Program-made: the position numbers and the translations under genes
Assembly (NCBI GenBank): GCA_973895155.1
Contig: OZ316899.1
Span: 8,373,241-8,437,240, forward strand
DNA length: 64,000 nt
Direction of reading: 5' to 3'
DNA from: Marsupella aquatica
Lineage: Eukaryota > Plantae > Marchantiophyta
The notes under the pieces: model-generated
What the model was told of the DNA's origin: nothing
The model's database searches: none
Seen by the model: the letters and a program-made list of their open reading frames with translations, nothing else
In this document: piece after piece, positions 23,093 through 33,900 of the stretch
How the letters are laid out: every line of letters begins with the position of its first letter
Position numbering within the stretch: the first letter of the stretch is position 1

Positions 23093-26000
23093 TGTGGTGT
23101 GTCCCATGGCTCCCTGAACCCAAGAAACCCCCCTGCACAAGCCGATTCCCATAGGTTTCGCTCTTGGCAAGGCCGGTTTCGTGGCTTAGCGGCATGGGAC
23201 GCTGCTAACTTCCTTCTACTAACATTTTATGCATATATACTGGAAAGATCCTTCATCGGGTCATGAGATATGTAGCCGGCCTCTTCTATGCCTTCCCTTG
23301 TCCTCCTCTCCTGGTCTTCCTTTAGGTATGTTTGGATTCCGCCGCCGGAATGATCCCCAACTGGCTTGGGTAAGCCACTAAGACCTCTCTCAGCTCGACA
23401 CATCCAACTCTTACTACCTTGCTTACTCCCTTCTTGGTTGATGTGGGCAATCTTCAAACAAGTTAATGCAACACACAAATAGCAAAATGACTCCTTTTGA
23501 CTGAGTTATACCATGCACTTGCCATATAGACAGTACTTCTCATACACAAGATCTGCGAACTAAGCCATGAGGCCAACTCTATTCATCTCTTAAGTATGAG
23601 GAAACATGAATATACACAAGGGTCATAGCATAACTAACCGAGAGCTTCTTTAACTAATTGATCCCAGCCCTACTGTTGCACTAAAAACTTGCTAAGGAAG
23701 AAGGCCCTGAACCCCCCGCTGCCCAGACTTATCCTGGCAGTGGATCCGCCCAATTCCTTGCAGCGTAAGCCTAATCTAACCTGACCGTAATCTACCTATG
23801 TACAGCGAGGCAGGAGCACAAGTGTTGCTCTTACCAGTGGATCCGCAATCCCACTAAGCTAAGTGTCAGGGCCGCCTCCTGGTCCTGATCCTAATTCTAA
23901 ACTTGGAGATCTGAACCCGCCCTGCCCACTCACGCCTCCTTCCTCCACGTCTGCCCTCCTTAAAAGGAGCAGCCCTCCACCACCGTCATGGTAGTGGTGG
24001 CTGATCCTCAATCGACGCCCCCAACACTTCCTCCGCAGCCACTACCGTAGGTCCGTCCTCTGATAGATTACCTCCTCTGGACCGAGTCAACTCTCCATCG
24101 GCCTGACTGGGTCCACCCTTGGCTTCGGCCTCAGCATCGGCCACGGCCTCCGATATGGCTACGGCTCTAGTGGTGGATTCGGTACACCGGCCTCATCACC
24201 GAGCATTCCGGCTTTGCCCTTGCCATCCCCGCCTTGTAGGATAGTTGGATCCTCTGCCGTGACCCTGCCTGAGGTTGGTGTCGGGTTTACCTCCTTGGTC
24301 ACGACAGCTTGAGAAGCCGTGTTACTCCCTGACCCATAAGGTTTTTGCTTTTTCTTCTTCCCTGTTTTGGCAGCTGGTCCCTTCCCCTTGCCACTTACCT
24401 CCGGCACCGGTGTGAGTGTCTCGGCTTGTCCTTCGGCCATTACTACTCCTAGCAACTTGGTTGCCCCAATTGGAGTTGGACTTGAGGAAGCCAAGCACTT
24501 AAATATTGTGGCCTGTTTCTTCAGCCGCTCCGTTTGGTTGTCGGCTCGCCGTTGTAAGTTCTCCATCTTCCGCGTGCTTTCCTCCAACTCCTCTTGCAAT
24601 TCGTCCAGGTCCTTGCACGCCTCCTCCAGCTCCTTCTGGGCTTCCTCCAACTCTCTCTGGGTTTCCTCTGGCTCCTTTTTTAAGGTAGCCCTCTCCTCCT
24701 GGGTTGGTCTTAGCTCCTTGTCGAGCTCTATTACGACCTCAGACTCCATTTTATTCATCTTGGCATAAGTCTGGTTGAGCTGGTTGTCTTTCTCACGGAG
24801 GTCGGCCTTGAAGCTGGGCGTCAGGGATGCAAGCTCCTGTCGTAGCACAATAATCCTTGATAGGATTTCCTTAACTTGGCCTCCTTCTGCTCAAGGGCTC
24901 CGCGGATATCCTCGAGCTCCCCCTTCAACGCCCTCTCCCTTCTCTGGGTCTCCGCCATGGCCCGGTTGTTGGCTGCTATGTGGGCCTCCTTTGCGTCCCT
25001 CAGCTCTCGCTTCCACTTCTCCTTCTCCTTGATCGCATCGGCCAACTCTCCTTGGGTCCGAGTCAGTTTATCCTTGATAATCTGATTATCAGACTGCGTG
25101 GTATCCAATTGCCACTGCATGATGTTTAGCTCAGGCCGCTTAATCCGCAGCTCATCTTGGGCTTTCTTGGCCGCCTTTAGGTCTTCTACCTTGGCTTCCC
25201 TTGCCCTAAGCCGATGGATGACCTCGTCATTCTTGCTTCTCTCCAAAGCCACCGCTTCTTCTAATCGGCGCTTCTCCAACATCTCCCTCTGGAAAAAGGG
25301 TCCCTGCTCCAACTCCTCTCCAAAGATGTTGAGCGCAAGTTCCCCACACATCTCCCTGTACTCCATGGCTCTTTCTTTAGCATAGGCGGAGTGAGTAGAA
25401 GTCATCGGCATCAACCATTGCGGCCTTTGTTCCCAAGCCGCCTTGCGGATTTCTTCTATCGTGGCTGGAGGGCTGCTTTGTTTTTTTGCAAGCCGCCTGA
25501 TGTGCTCTGGCCATTCTTCCCCTGGTAAATCTTTCTCCCTAGCCAGGGCTGCCTTCTTTTCCTCCCTGAGTCGCTCCTGAAACTCTTGTGCCATCTATTT
25601 TATGCCGTCAAAGCTCAGGGGAGCGACATCTGGTGGGGGAGACTCGGGGCTGCTCTGTTGGGTGGGGTCCCCTCGAACTACTCTTGGAAGAGTGGGGATG
25701 AACCTACCACAGGTCCTTACTCCTGGAACATGATGGTCCGACCCGTAGTCGGAGTCATCATTGTTGTAGCCTTCTACCGCCTCCTCCACAGCTTGGACTA
25801 CCGGCTCCCCCCGCTGCTCTCCTGGTTTTGCCATGAACACGGCCTCACAGATCACGGGTCCTGGTTCCTCCTCCAACTTCCAGGTTGATCTCTTCTTCTC
25901 CTTGTCGCAACTAGGAGCTTCGGGTTGGTTTTCCTTGGCTTTGGGACTTGAGGCTCCTACATACATTCGGACTCCCGGCTTGTGTTCCGGCCTCCCTCTC

Positions 26001-27796
26001 TACTTGGCCCCGGTAAAGGGGTTTTCCCTGGAAAGTTGGCTTAGGCCAACTTTGGGAGCATTATTTTGTACCGGTCCCATTGCCGTTGCCGTTCTCCTTT
26101 CCTTCTCCAGCAATTTCAGCAGATTCTGCATGCCTGGTTGCTGCATCAGCAAGTCTTCCTTCCTTGGCCTAAACACCTGCTCGATTGTAGGACTGTCTGG
26201 GTCGGTTTCTCTGTTGCCGGGCTCTGTTCTAGAACCTCCTCTGGTGCTTTTGCCTGCAGGGGAAGTATCGGGGCAAATATCTGACTTTGGGCATACCGGC
26301 ACAACAACGGCATATGATAGCCAAGCCAGGACACGCTTCCCTTGCCGATCACCTGTTGTTCCTCCTTCAAGATTTTCTTCAATTGGGTGAGGAGGTATCC
26401 GTTGTAGTCCCGGCTGGTGTCTGGCCTCTCCGCTAGGTAAACCTATGCCTTGCCAATCTCTGGCCTCGGCAAGTTGCAATGCATGGTTACCCGCAAGAAA
26501 TTGATCATCTCCCCAATGTGCGGGTTGGTGCAGGTGTTCCGGAAGAAGCCACTCTTCGTTGATGGCCCTGGGAACGACCGGAACTCCTTGTCAGGCAAGG
26601 TGTTCCTGGTATCAACTTTGGTCTTATTGCCCATCGGCAAGCCAAACGCTTTGGCAATCACTCGGGGAGTGAGATAGAAATCCTTCCCATACACCCTTGT
26701 GGAATTGGACTCAGGCTCCTAGGATCCCTAATAAGTCTGAATCCGACACCTCCAGCTTCAGCCATGGTAACTTCACAAAGGCTTCCAAGCCGGATCCGGT
26801 CATGAAGCCTTGGTATTTCTGAGTCTGCATAGCCGTAAAGCATGCATCCTCTTCACGTGCAAAGTGTAATTGCACTTTCTCGGGGAGGGTTGCCCCCCAG
26901 CCTTTCCAGGTGTCATCTCTTGTCTGAACGACATTAATGGGGTTGACCTCCTCTTCTTTGGCTTCTTCCTGCCTCCTGCTCCCTTGCTCGGCTGGCTTCC
27001 TTGGTGCCGCCGACCTTGTTCTCTTTTCAGGGGTGGTCTCTTCATTGATGTTCCCTTTCCTCTTCATAGCGGCTGCCGTGGATGTTTCTCCTAGCACGGT
27101 TGCCTTCGTCCATCCCTCTGTGCTACCCTTCAAGTCCGAGTGTATGTCGTTGCAGCGATTGATGGCTTCCCGGATGCCGACTATTCTGTTCTCACAAAAT
27201 AGAAGATCGTCAAGTTTGTTGGTAGTAGGCGACCACAGGAATTCAGTCGTGATGAGTTCTCCTCCTAAGAAGGCAGACTTCTATAGCTCCCACAGTCAAG
27301 CAAGCTCCTACCGTTCTTGAGCGGCTCTCTCCAATTCTTCGTCCTCGTAGGTCCCAATGTACTCAGTTGCCCGTTCTAACAGGCATCCCCAAAAATGAGC
27401 AGCTTGATTGACGTTGTTCATACCCTTCTTGAGTTGATTGTTGGTATCTGCTTCCACCCCGAGTGCTTGCCTGAGCAACGACAGTAGTTGGCCTCCCGTA
27501 GTCGTCTGGTTAGTTCGTGCTTGCAAATGAGCCACCATTCCTTGCAATCGATCCATACCCCTCCCTGACTGGTCTTCCTTCCCGTTAGTTACCTATAGCC
27601 GCCGGCACTTAGCGCGCCCTAACCCTAATCATGTTCCCTCCCCCGGCGTTCTTACTTCCGGCCTTGGCTCGGGTTCCATAGCCACCCTTAATTGTTTATA
27701 TTTTCCATCTTTTTGCTACTATAGTAATGTGTTTCTAGGATTTACTCCTTATTTTATCATTTAAACTGGCCTAGTGATTCCTGGCTAGGGATCACA
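23093..27796 (-). repeat. 3' LTR of E2 (4704 bp) containing a long accessory ORF
   Basis: Starts TGTGATCCC right after the PPT, the same start as the copy at 8157. Ends ...ACACCACA, abutting the TSD at 23092. Confidence 0.85.
23890..27556 (-). pseudogene. E2 LTR-encoded accessory protein (~1200 codons; homologue of the E1 LTR ORF, long coiled coil), degenerate
   Basis: Chain of ORFs 27308-27556, 26711-27133, 26443-26694, 25595-25966, 24821-25594 and 24159-24848. Motif GLEAFVKLPW..YGKDFYLTPRVIAKAFGLPMG..SFPG..GFFRNTC..PHIGEMINFLR..H..PRPEI. Lower end approximate. Confidence 0.7.
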
Positions 27797-30700
27797 TAGC
27801 TCCCCACTTAATTGTGAAGCGTCCTCGCGAACAACTTCATCTTCGTCCATATAGTATTTCTTGAGGCGGTCGTAATGAATGCGAACTGGATAGACCTCTC
27901 CAGTAATGTTGGCCAATTTCACGGAGCCATTGAAGAACTTCATGGTTACCCTGAAGGGTCCTAACCAGCGAGTGTAAAGTTTACCTGGAAACCTGCCATA
28001 CCTACTGTCATAAAGTAATACAAGATCTCCTATGTGAATACTAACTGGTTTCAACTTTTTATCATACTGTTGCTTCATGGTATTCTGTCTATATTCTACT
28101 CTCTCAGCTAAAATCATTCTTGCCTCTTCTAAGGCTTCTAATCTATATTCTCTCTCCTTTAGGCTTCCCTCCTCTAAGACTCTTTCCTCAATTGTAACTT
28201 GAAATGTAGGTATCTCAAGTTGCATGGGTACCAGAGCCTCCTGCCCAAATGTTAAGAAAAAGGGTGTATGACCAGTATTGGATTTATAGGCTAAATTGTA
28301 AGCAAAAATAGCAGCAAACAATTTATCATCCCAATCGAGTTTGTTCTGAGCTACGGTTTTGTTCAATATTTTTCCTATAATTCCATTGGCTCGTTCTGTC
28401 AACCCATTTGCCTTTGGGTGGTAAGGAGTAGTAGGCCTATGTCTAACTAAATACTGCTCATTTAAACGACTAATTATATCATTCAAAAAATGGGTTCCTC
28501 TATCACTAACTAATTCTAGGGGTGCGCCATACCTGGTGAAGATCTGCTCATACATGAATCAAGCCATAGTAGTCGCATCATCCTTCGTTGTTGGCCTGGC
28601 CTCTACCCACTTAGTTGCATAATCCGTGGCCAGGATTATGTACTTGTTTCTCCGAGGATGGGTCAATGGTTTCAGAGGTCCCATGAAATCAATACCCCAC
28701 TTCTCGAATGGTGCCAGAGGTAGAATAGGGTGCAGAGGATGTCTTGTGGACGCCCTTGGTCCTCCTGCTTGCTGACAAGGATCGCATTGTTTGATAAACT
28801 AATAGACATCTTTGTGCAAGGTGGGCCACCAGTAACCGTCATTTAATATCTTTTTAGACGTGGTTACTAGAGCAAAATGTCCTCCGGCCTCCTCCCCATG
28901 CATAGCCCGTAAGACTCATTTTACCTCTCCCTTCTCCAAACACCTTTGAATCGTGCCATTGATTCCATACCTGTGTAGCACACCCTTAATGTATTGATAC
29001 TGTCTGACCTTCCGCAGAAAGACTGCGGCTTGTTCTCGGGTTAGCCCTGGCTGTAATTTGGACGTGCTGAGAAATTGCAAAATCTTAGGGTACCATGTAT
29101 CAGCTATTTCCACAACGAATAGCTCCTTGTTAGGGAATTGGTCATCGATGCAATCTGTGGCAGGTTCACCTGTGATCCTTGAAAAGAAGTTGGCATTGGC
29201 GTGTAGCTTTCCCGGCTTGATTTTTAGCTCGTAGTCAAATTCCTATAATAGCAAAATCCATCTTGCTACCCTGCCTGTAAGGTCTGACTTATTTACCAGG
29301 TACTTCAAACTTTCATGATCAGTATGAAAGATTACTTTGTACCCTAGCAAATAATGCCTTTTACATGAATAAATGACTCCTAATGCTTCTCTTTCTGTGG
29401 TTGAGTAGTTTCGTTTGGCATCGGCAAGCTGGCGGCTTGCAAAGTATATGGGATGGTCCCTTCCTTTCTCATCCAACTAACTTAGTACTAAGTCGATATA
29501 GAAGCCTGAGACATCTACGAAGGCATGAAAATCCTTGTTCCAGTCTGGTGCTATCATGACTGGGGCCTCCACTAACTTTTGCTTTAATTCCACCATAGCT
29601 TTTACTCTTTCTGGTGCGGGTTCAAAGTCTGCGCCTGCCTTGAGCATGTTGGTTAATGGTAAAGCTAGCTTGGAAAAATCCTTGATGAACCGGCGATAAT
29701 ACCCAATGCACCCCAAGAAGGATCTCACATCCTTTATGTTCTTAGGTTGCATGATATCAAGCCATACTGCTAGCTTACCCTTGTCAATCTCAATGCCCTT
29801 CTTTGATACTTTGTGCCCTAGCAACACACCCTCTATTACTCCAAAGAAACATTTATCTGGGTGTAACTTGAGACCTACCTCTTTGCATCTCATGAAGGTC
29901 TTCCTTAGGTATTTAGCATGTTTCGATGCTTTCCCAAATACTGCAAAGTCATCAATGAAGATTTCCATGAACTTTCTCAAGTAGTCATGGAAAATGTTCA
30001 CCATTAATCGTTGGAACATAGCTGGTGCGTTACAGAGTCCAAACGGCATACGATTGAAGACATAGATCCCCCATTCCGTGATGAAGGCCGTCTTGATTTG
30101 GTCCTCCTGCCTAATCCTGATTTGGTTATAACCAGAGTACCCATCCATGAATGAGTATAGTTCATGATTGGCTACCATGTCTAGTACCATATCAGTAAAG
30201 GGTAAAGGAAAATGGTCCTTTAACGTAGCCTCATTCAACTTCCTATAATCCTGACAAACCCAGATCTTGGGTTTACCATCGGGTCCAGCTTTCTTGGGAA
30301 CTATCACAGTGGAGACACCCAGTCTGAATGCAGGACTGGAGTGATGAATCCGGCTTCCACTAGGTTGTCGATTTCAGTTTTGACCATCAGGGAATACTTA
30401 GGGTTCATCCTTTGAATTGGTTTTCAAAATGATTTGGCCCCTAACATGAGATCAATTTGATGTTCTCCTAATTTTGGGTCTACTCCTTTCAGGTCTTGGT
30501 GACTCCATGCGAACACATCCTGAAATTCAATCAGTAATTCACTGATTTCTTTCTCAAGCTCAGGTGCTAGGTCCCGTCCCAAGTTCAGTTCCCTTCCTTC
30601 TCCTAAGTCAAGCTTTCGGTATTGCCGTGCTTGGATCATATTAATCTGCTTCTTCAAGTTTGGGTCCAATTCGGCCTCCAGCCTCTCCAGTCTGATACCT

Positions 30701-30864
30701 CCATAAACTGGAATCTCCGCTGTACTAGCCGAGTCGGTTTCTCCCTTGTTATCTGTAGATTGTCCCCTTGCCGGACTATTCGGTTTTGAATTGGTGGTTG
30801 GCTTCCCTTCCGGCCTTGGCGCTGGATTGTTTCTGTGATTGTGGCTCTTTCTAGTGGGCAACAC
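27785..30864 (-). pseudogene. E2 pol (RT, RNase H, integrase with GPF motif), degenerate
   Basis: YSFMDGYSGYNQI, FIDDFAV, FVDVSG, HPIYFASRQL, LVSDRGTHF, TPYHPKANG, RWLGPF. The integrase frame reads through the PPT into the LTR. Confidence 0.93.
27797..27811 (-). promoter_or_regulatory. Polypurine tract of E2
   Basis: TTAAGTGGGGAGCTA directly before the TG of the LTR. Confidence 0.75.
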
Positions 30865-31879
30865 AACTGGGTTCTTTTCCCCCGATATAGAGCCTTGGTG
30901 ATAGGTGATGTATTAGTGATTGTAAACTGTGGGGAGGATGTCAATTTGATTTGTGGTGAGCACATTAGGGAGGCTGAGATACTGATTGAGGGGCAACAGA
31001 AGGAGCATTTACAGTTCGGTCTGGCAAGGCTACGTGATCCATGGGGAGTCCCGGCCTTTGTCTGGTAGAGAGCACTAAGGGATTTATGGCCAGAGCTGAG
31101 CTTGCAAGGCAAGCATGAGGCCGGGCCTCATTGCAGTCTGGGGTAGATCGCCGTTAGGCCTGGTACCAGCTTTGAAATCGAGTCAACTATGCATGCGTAA
31201 CTTGACGTTCTGAATTGGAGGTGTGAGATCTGTATGTGCCCCCAAGAATGAAGTGCAGTGAAGGAGATTGAGTTCAGGATTGAGTTTGCAAGGCAAGTAC
31301 GGGATTGGTTTGAGTCCAATCTGCCGTCGCAATCTGGAGTGAGCCGGGCTTAGGTTCAGGATTGAGCTTGCGGGGCAAGCACGTCACAAGCTGGAGGAGA
31401 CAGCCTTCGGCCCTAGTGTTCGGATCAAGTGTTCTCAGTGAACTATTGTGCACATCTTTGAATCTAATTGAGTTTTCCTCTCAGGCCTCATTTCTCTCAT
31501 GGATGTGTGTGTGTGTGAGGCAATCTGAGTGTATGATGGGACTAGCAGCGCCACTGAGAGGTGTATGGGGTGCATTGAAGCGGGTTGGGTGAGGACTGTC
31601 ATAGCTCTGATTGCTGAGAGTGGAATGGCAGAGTGGTGGGGCAATGGCTTAGAAGTCCCTAAGCCGGGAATCAGTCAGGAGTCACTGGTTTATGGGTACA
31701 TTCCGACGGCGGAATAAAAACATACCTATGACAGTAAGCATATGTATAGACCTATGCGCACCGTAGCGCTAGGCCCTATGTGTACAAGCCCGATATGAAG
31801 ACCCCTTCTCACCAGAACTATCAGGAGCGCAGATCTGATCCCCAACCTTGGTTCCTTGGGATTGAGCTTGGGGTGATGT

Positions 31880-33900
31880 GTGACGGAGTCTTGTTATGAT
31901 AGTCTGGTGTTAAGGGCATAAATTGGTGTTTACCGGCCTTCACAACATCCCTTCGTGATCCTCAGGTACAAGGAGATGGTTTTGGCACCCATAGTGACGT
32001 TTTTGGTGTTAAGACCCATGTCAATCGCGTGACAGTTGGCTGACTAGTAAGTATGCTGCAAGCTCAATAGTGTTGCTGCTCTGCTAGCTACGAAGTTGAG
32101 AAGGGTGAGCTATGGCCGACTGCTGGAGAATAGAGCTAGGCTACTAGCAAATTGATTGAATGTAGTAGCAAACGAACCAGCTGCAAGGAAGGAATTAAGA
32201 GTGCTAGCTGCGAATTGGTGGGCTATGGCTGCTGCAAAATTCTGCTACGATTTTGAATCACTTGCAAGGCTGGATGGCTATGGAGGTGGACTGAGAAGAG
32301 TGCTGTAAACCTGGTTGAGTTGTAGATTGACCTGCTGCCATTCGAATCCAACAGAGAATGATGCACTTTCAGATTGAATTCAAGAGAGAGGAAAATGGCT
32401 ACAAAAATTGATGTCCTTATCAAATTCTTCATAAGAAACGTGAGTATAATGAGAGTACTCTCCCCTGGGGACACCTGGAATCTCCATAAGGGGCGTGTAA
32501 GGTAAGTGTAATCGGGTCGCCGCTTACGCCCACTTTACACCAAAAATAGGCCTTGGGAGAATGGGCATAACTTTGGCTAGGGGTATTCGTTGGGGCCCAA
32601 ATTTTTTTGTGCTGAGTTAGGGGAAGGTAAGGCACCCCTTGGTGAAGGTGGAAACCCATAAAAAGAGTCACTCAAATATAGTTTTAGCCGAGGCCATGAG
32701 GGGGTCCCGATAGCTTGCAAACCAAAGTCGGCATAGGGGAATGACTACCAGATTTAGGGGCTGACCTTTCTTGCACCCATACTACTTTAGTTAGGCTCTA
32801 GGGAAGGGTACTTACCTTTGTTCAAAGGTGTAAGGCCAACATGTTAAGAAAAGTAAGTATAGGGGGTAGTTTACTTAGGGTAGTTAGTAAAATAAGGCCA
32901 TCTTTGACTAGGCACAACTTGAGACTCACTCACTTTTTTTGCGAGATTTCAAGTGGGTTGGGAAGCTGGTGAGGAGGAACATAAGTGGGAGCAAGTTTGG
33001 AGGTCAAAGCATGCAACTCATGTGTGGCATATTCCAGGGCTTGGAAGGAGTCCAAACAATAGGTTGTAGGGTGGGCTACGAACTATAGAGTTGGACTTTG
33101 TGTGTTAGGAGGACTTGGGGGAGGAGTAGTTGGACCCCAGGTCAAGCTTGGTGTGGTGTGGAAGGAGAATAGTATATAAGGAGTAAGTTTTCATTTGTTA
33201 GGGACCGGGAGTCTCATATCTTAAGTGGAATCTCTACCTTGCCAAGGTAGCCCGGCTAAGCTTGAGAAGGGAGAGGTGGTCCATGCTTAGTGTGGAGAAT
33301 GTGTAGTGAACTTTTGTTGTAAAGGTGATGCAATAAAAGGAGACTTGCCAATCTTCATTGTGACCATTAAGTGTGAGTGCATTTGAAGTATACGAGAGCA
33401 AGAGAAGAGTCCATGCTATGATGTAATCTTGGTCTAAGCTTGAAGGGGATGTGCTAGTACAAAACCAAGGCCAAGGAGGCAAGGTTAAGGTAGAGCACTA
33501 CTTTGAGACTTAGAAAGGATTATAGCTTGAGGGTGGAAAGTATTTTGCTTGGTGTGTGGTGTTAACAAGAAGTAAGAACAAGAGGAAGAGTCCTTAGATA
33601 GAGGAGCCTTCTCTAGAGCTCAAAGGGGGATGTGTGGACCCAAACCAAGGCCAGGGGGCAAGGTTGAGGGGTAACACTACTTTGAGGGTCTTGAGGAGAC
33701 TTAAGCTTGAAGAGGAAAGTACTTTGGTTCTTGGGTGTTTGTGTGAGAATCTACTCTAAGGTGACAACTTGGAGCGGAGATCCCCCTTACTGATCCTTGG
33801 GGTAGAGGAGAGGGGAAGGGTGTGAGTACAAAAGTAGTCAAGGGGACTACCTCTCTAGAAGTGGAGAGTTGAAACTACTTATGTATGGAGTGATTAGACA
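31880..33900. repeat. Non-coding, probably LTR-derived segment with an internal ~180-bp diverged tandem duplication (about 33398-33560 and 33579-33745)
   Basis: No coherent ORF. Ends ...TTAGACA next to the SWIM transposase relic. The duplicated unit contains GAAGAGTCC..GGGGATGTG..AAACCAAGGCCA..CACTACTTTGAG..AGCTTGA..GAAAGTA. Confidence 0.4.

Larger units (their letters stand above)
23093..31800 (-). mobile_element. Ty3/gypsy LTR retrotransposon E2 (related to E1) inserted in the E1 5' LTR; gag/protease and most of its 5' LTR missing here; upper boundary approximate
   Basis: RT-RH-IN at 27785-30864, PPT at 27797-27811, and 3' LTR TGTGATC...CACCACA. TSD GACAT/ATGTC. Confidence 0.85.

Noticed and set aside
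24159-25594. SMC/myosin-like host coiled-coil gene or env gene
   Set aside because: It lies within the E2 LTR as the C-terminal part of the accessory ORF. No ATPase motifs, signal peptide or transmembrane segment seen.
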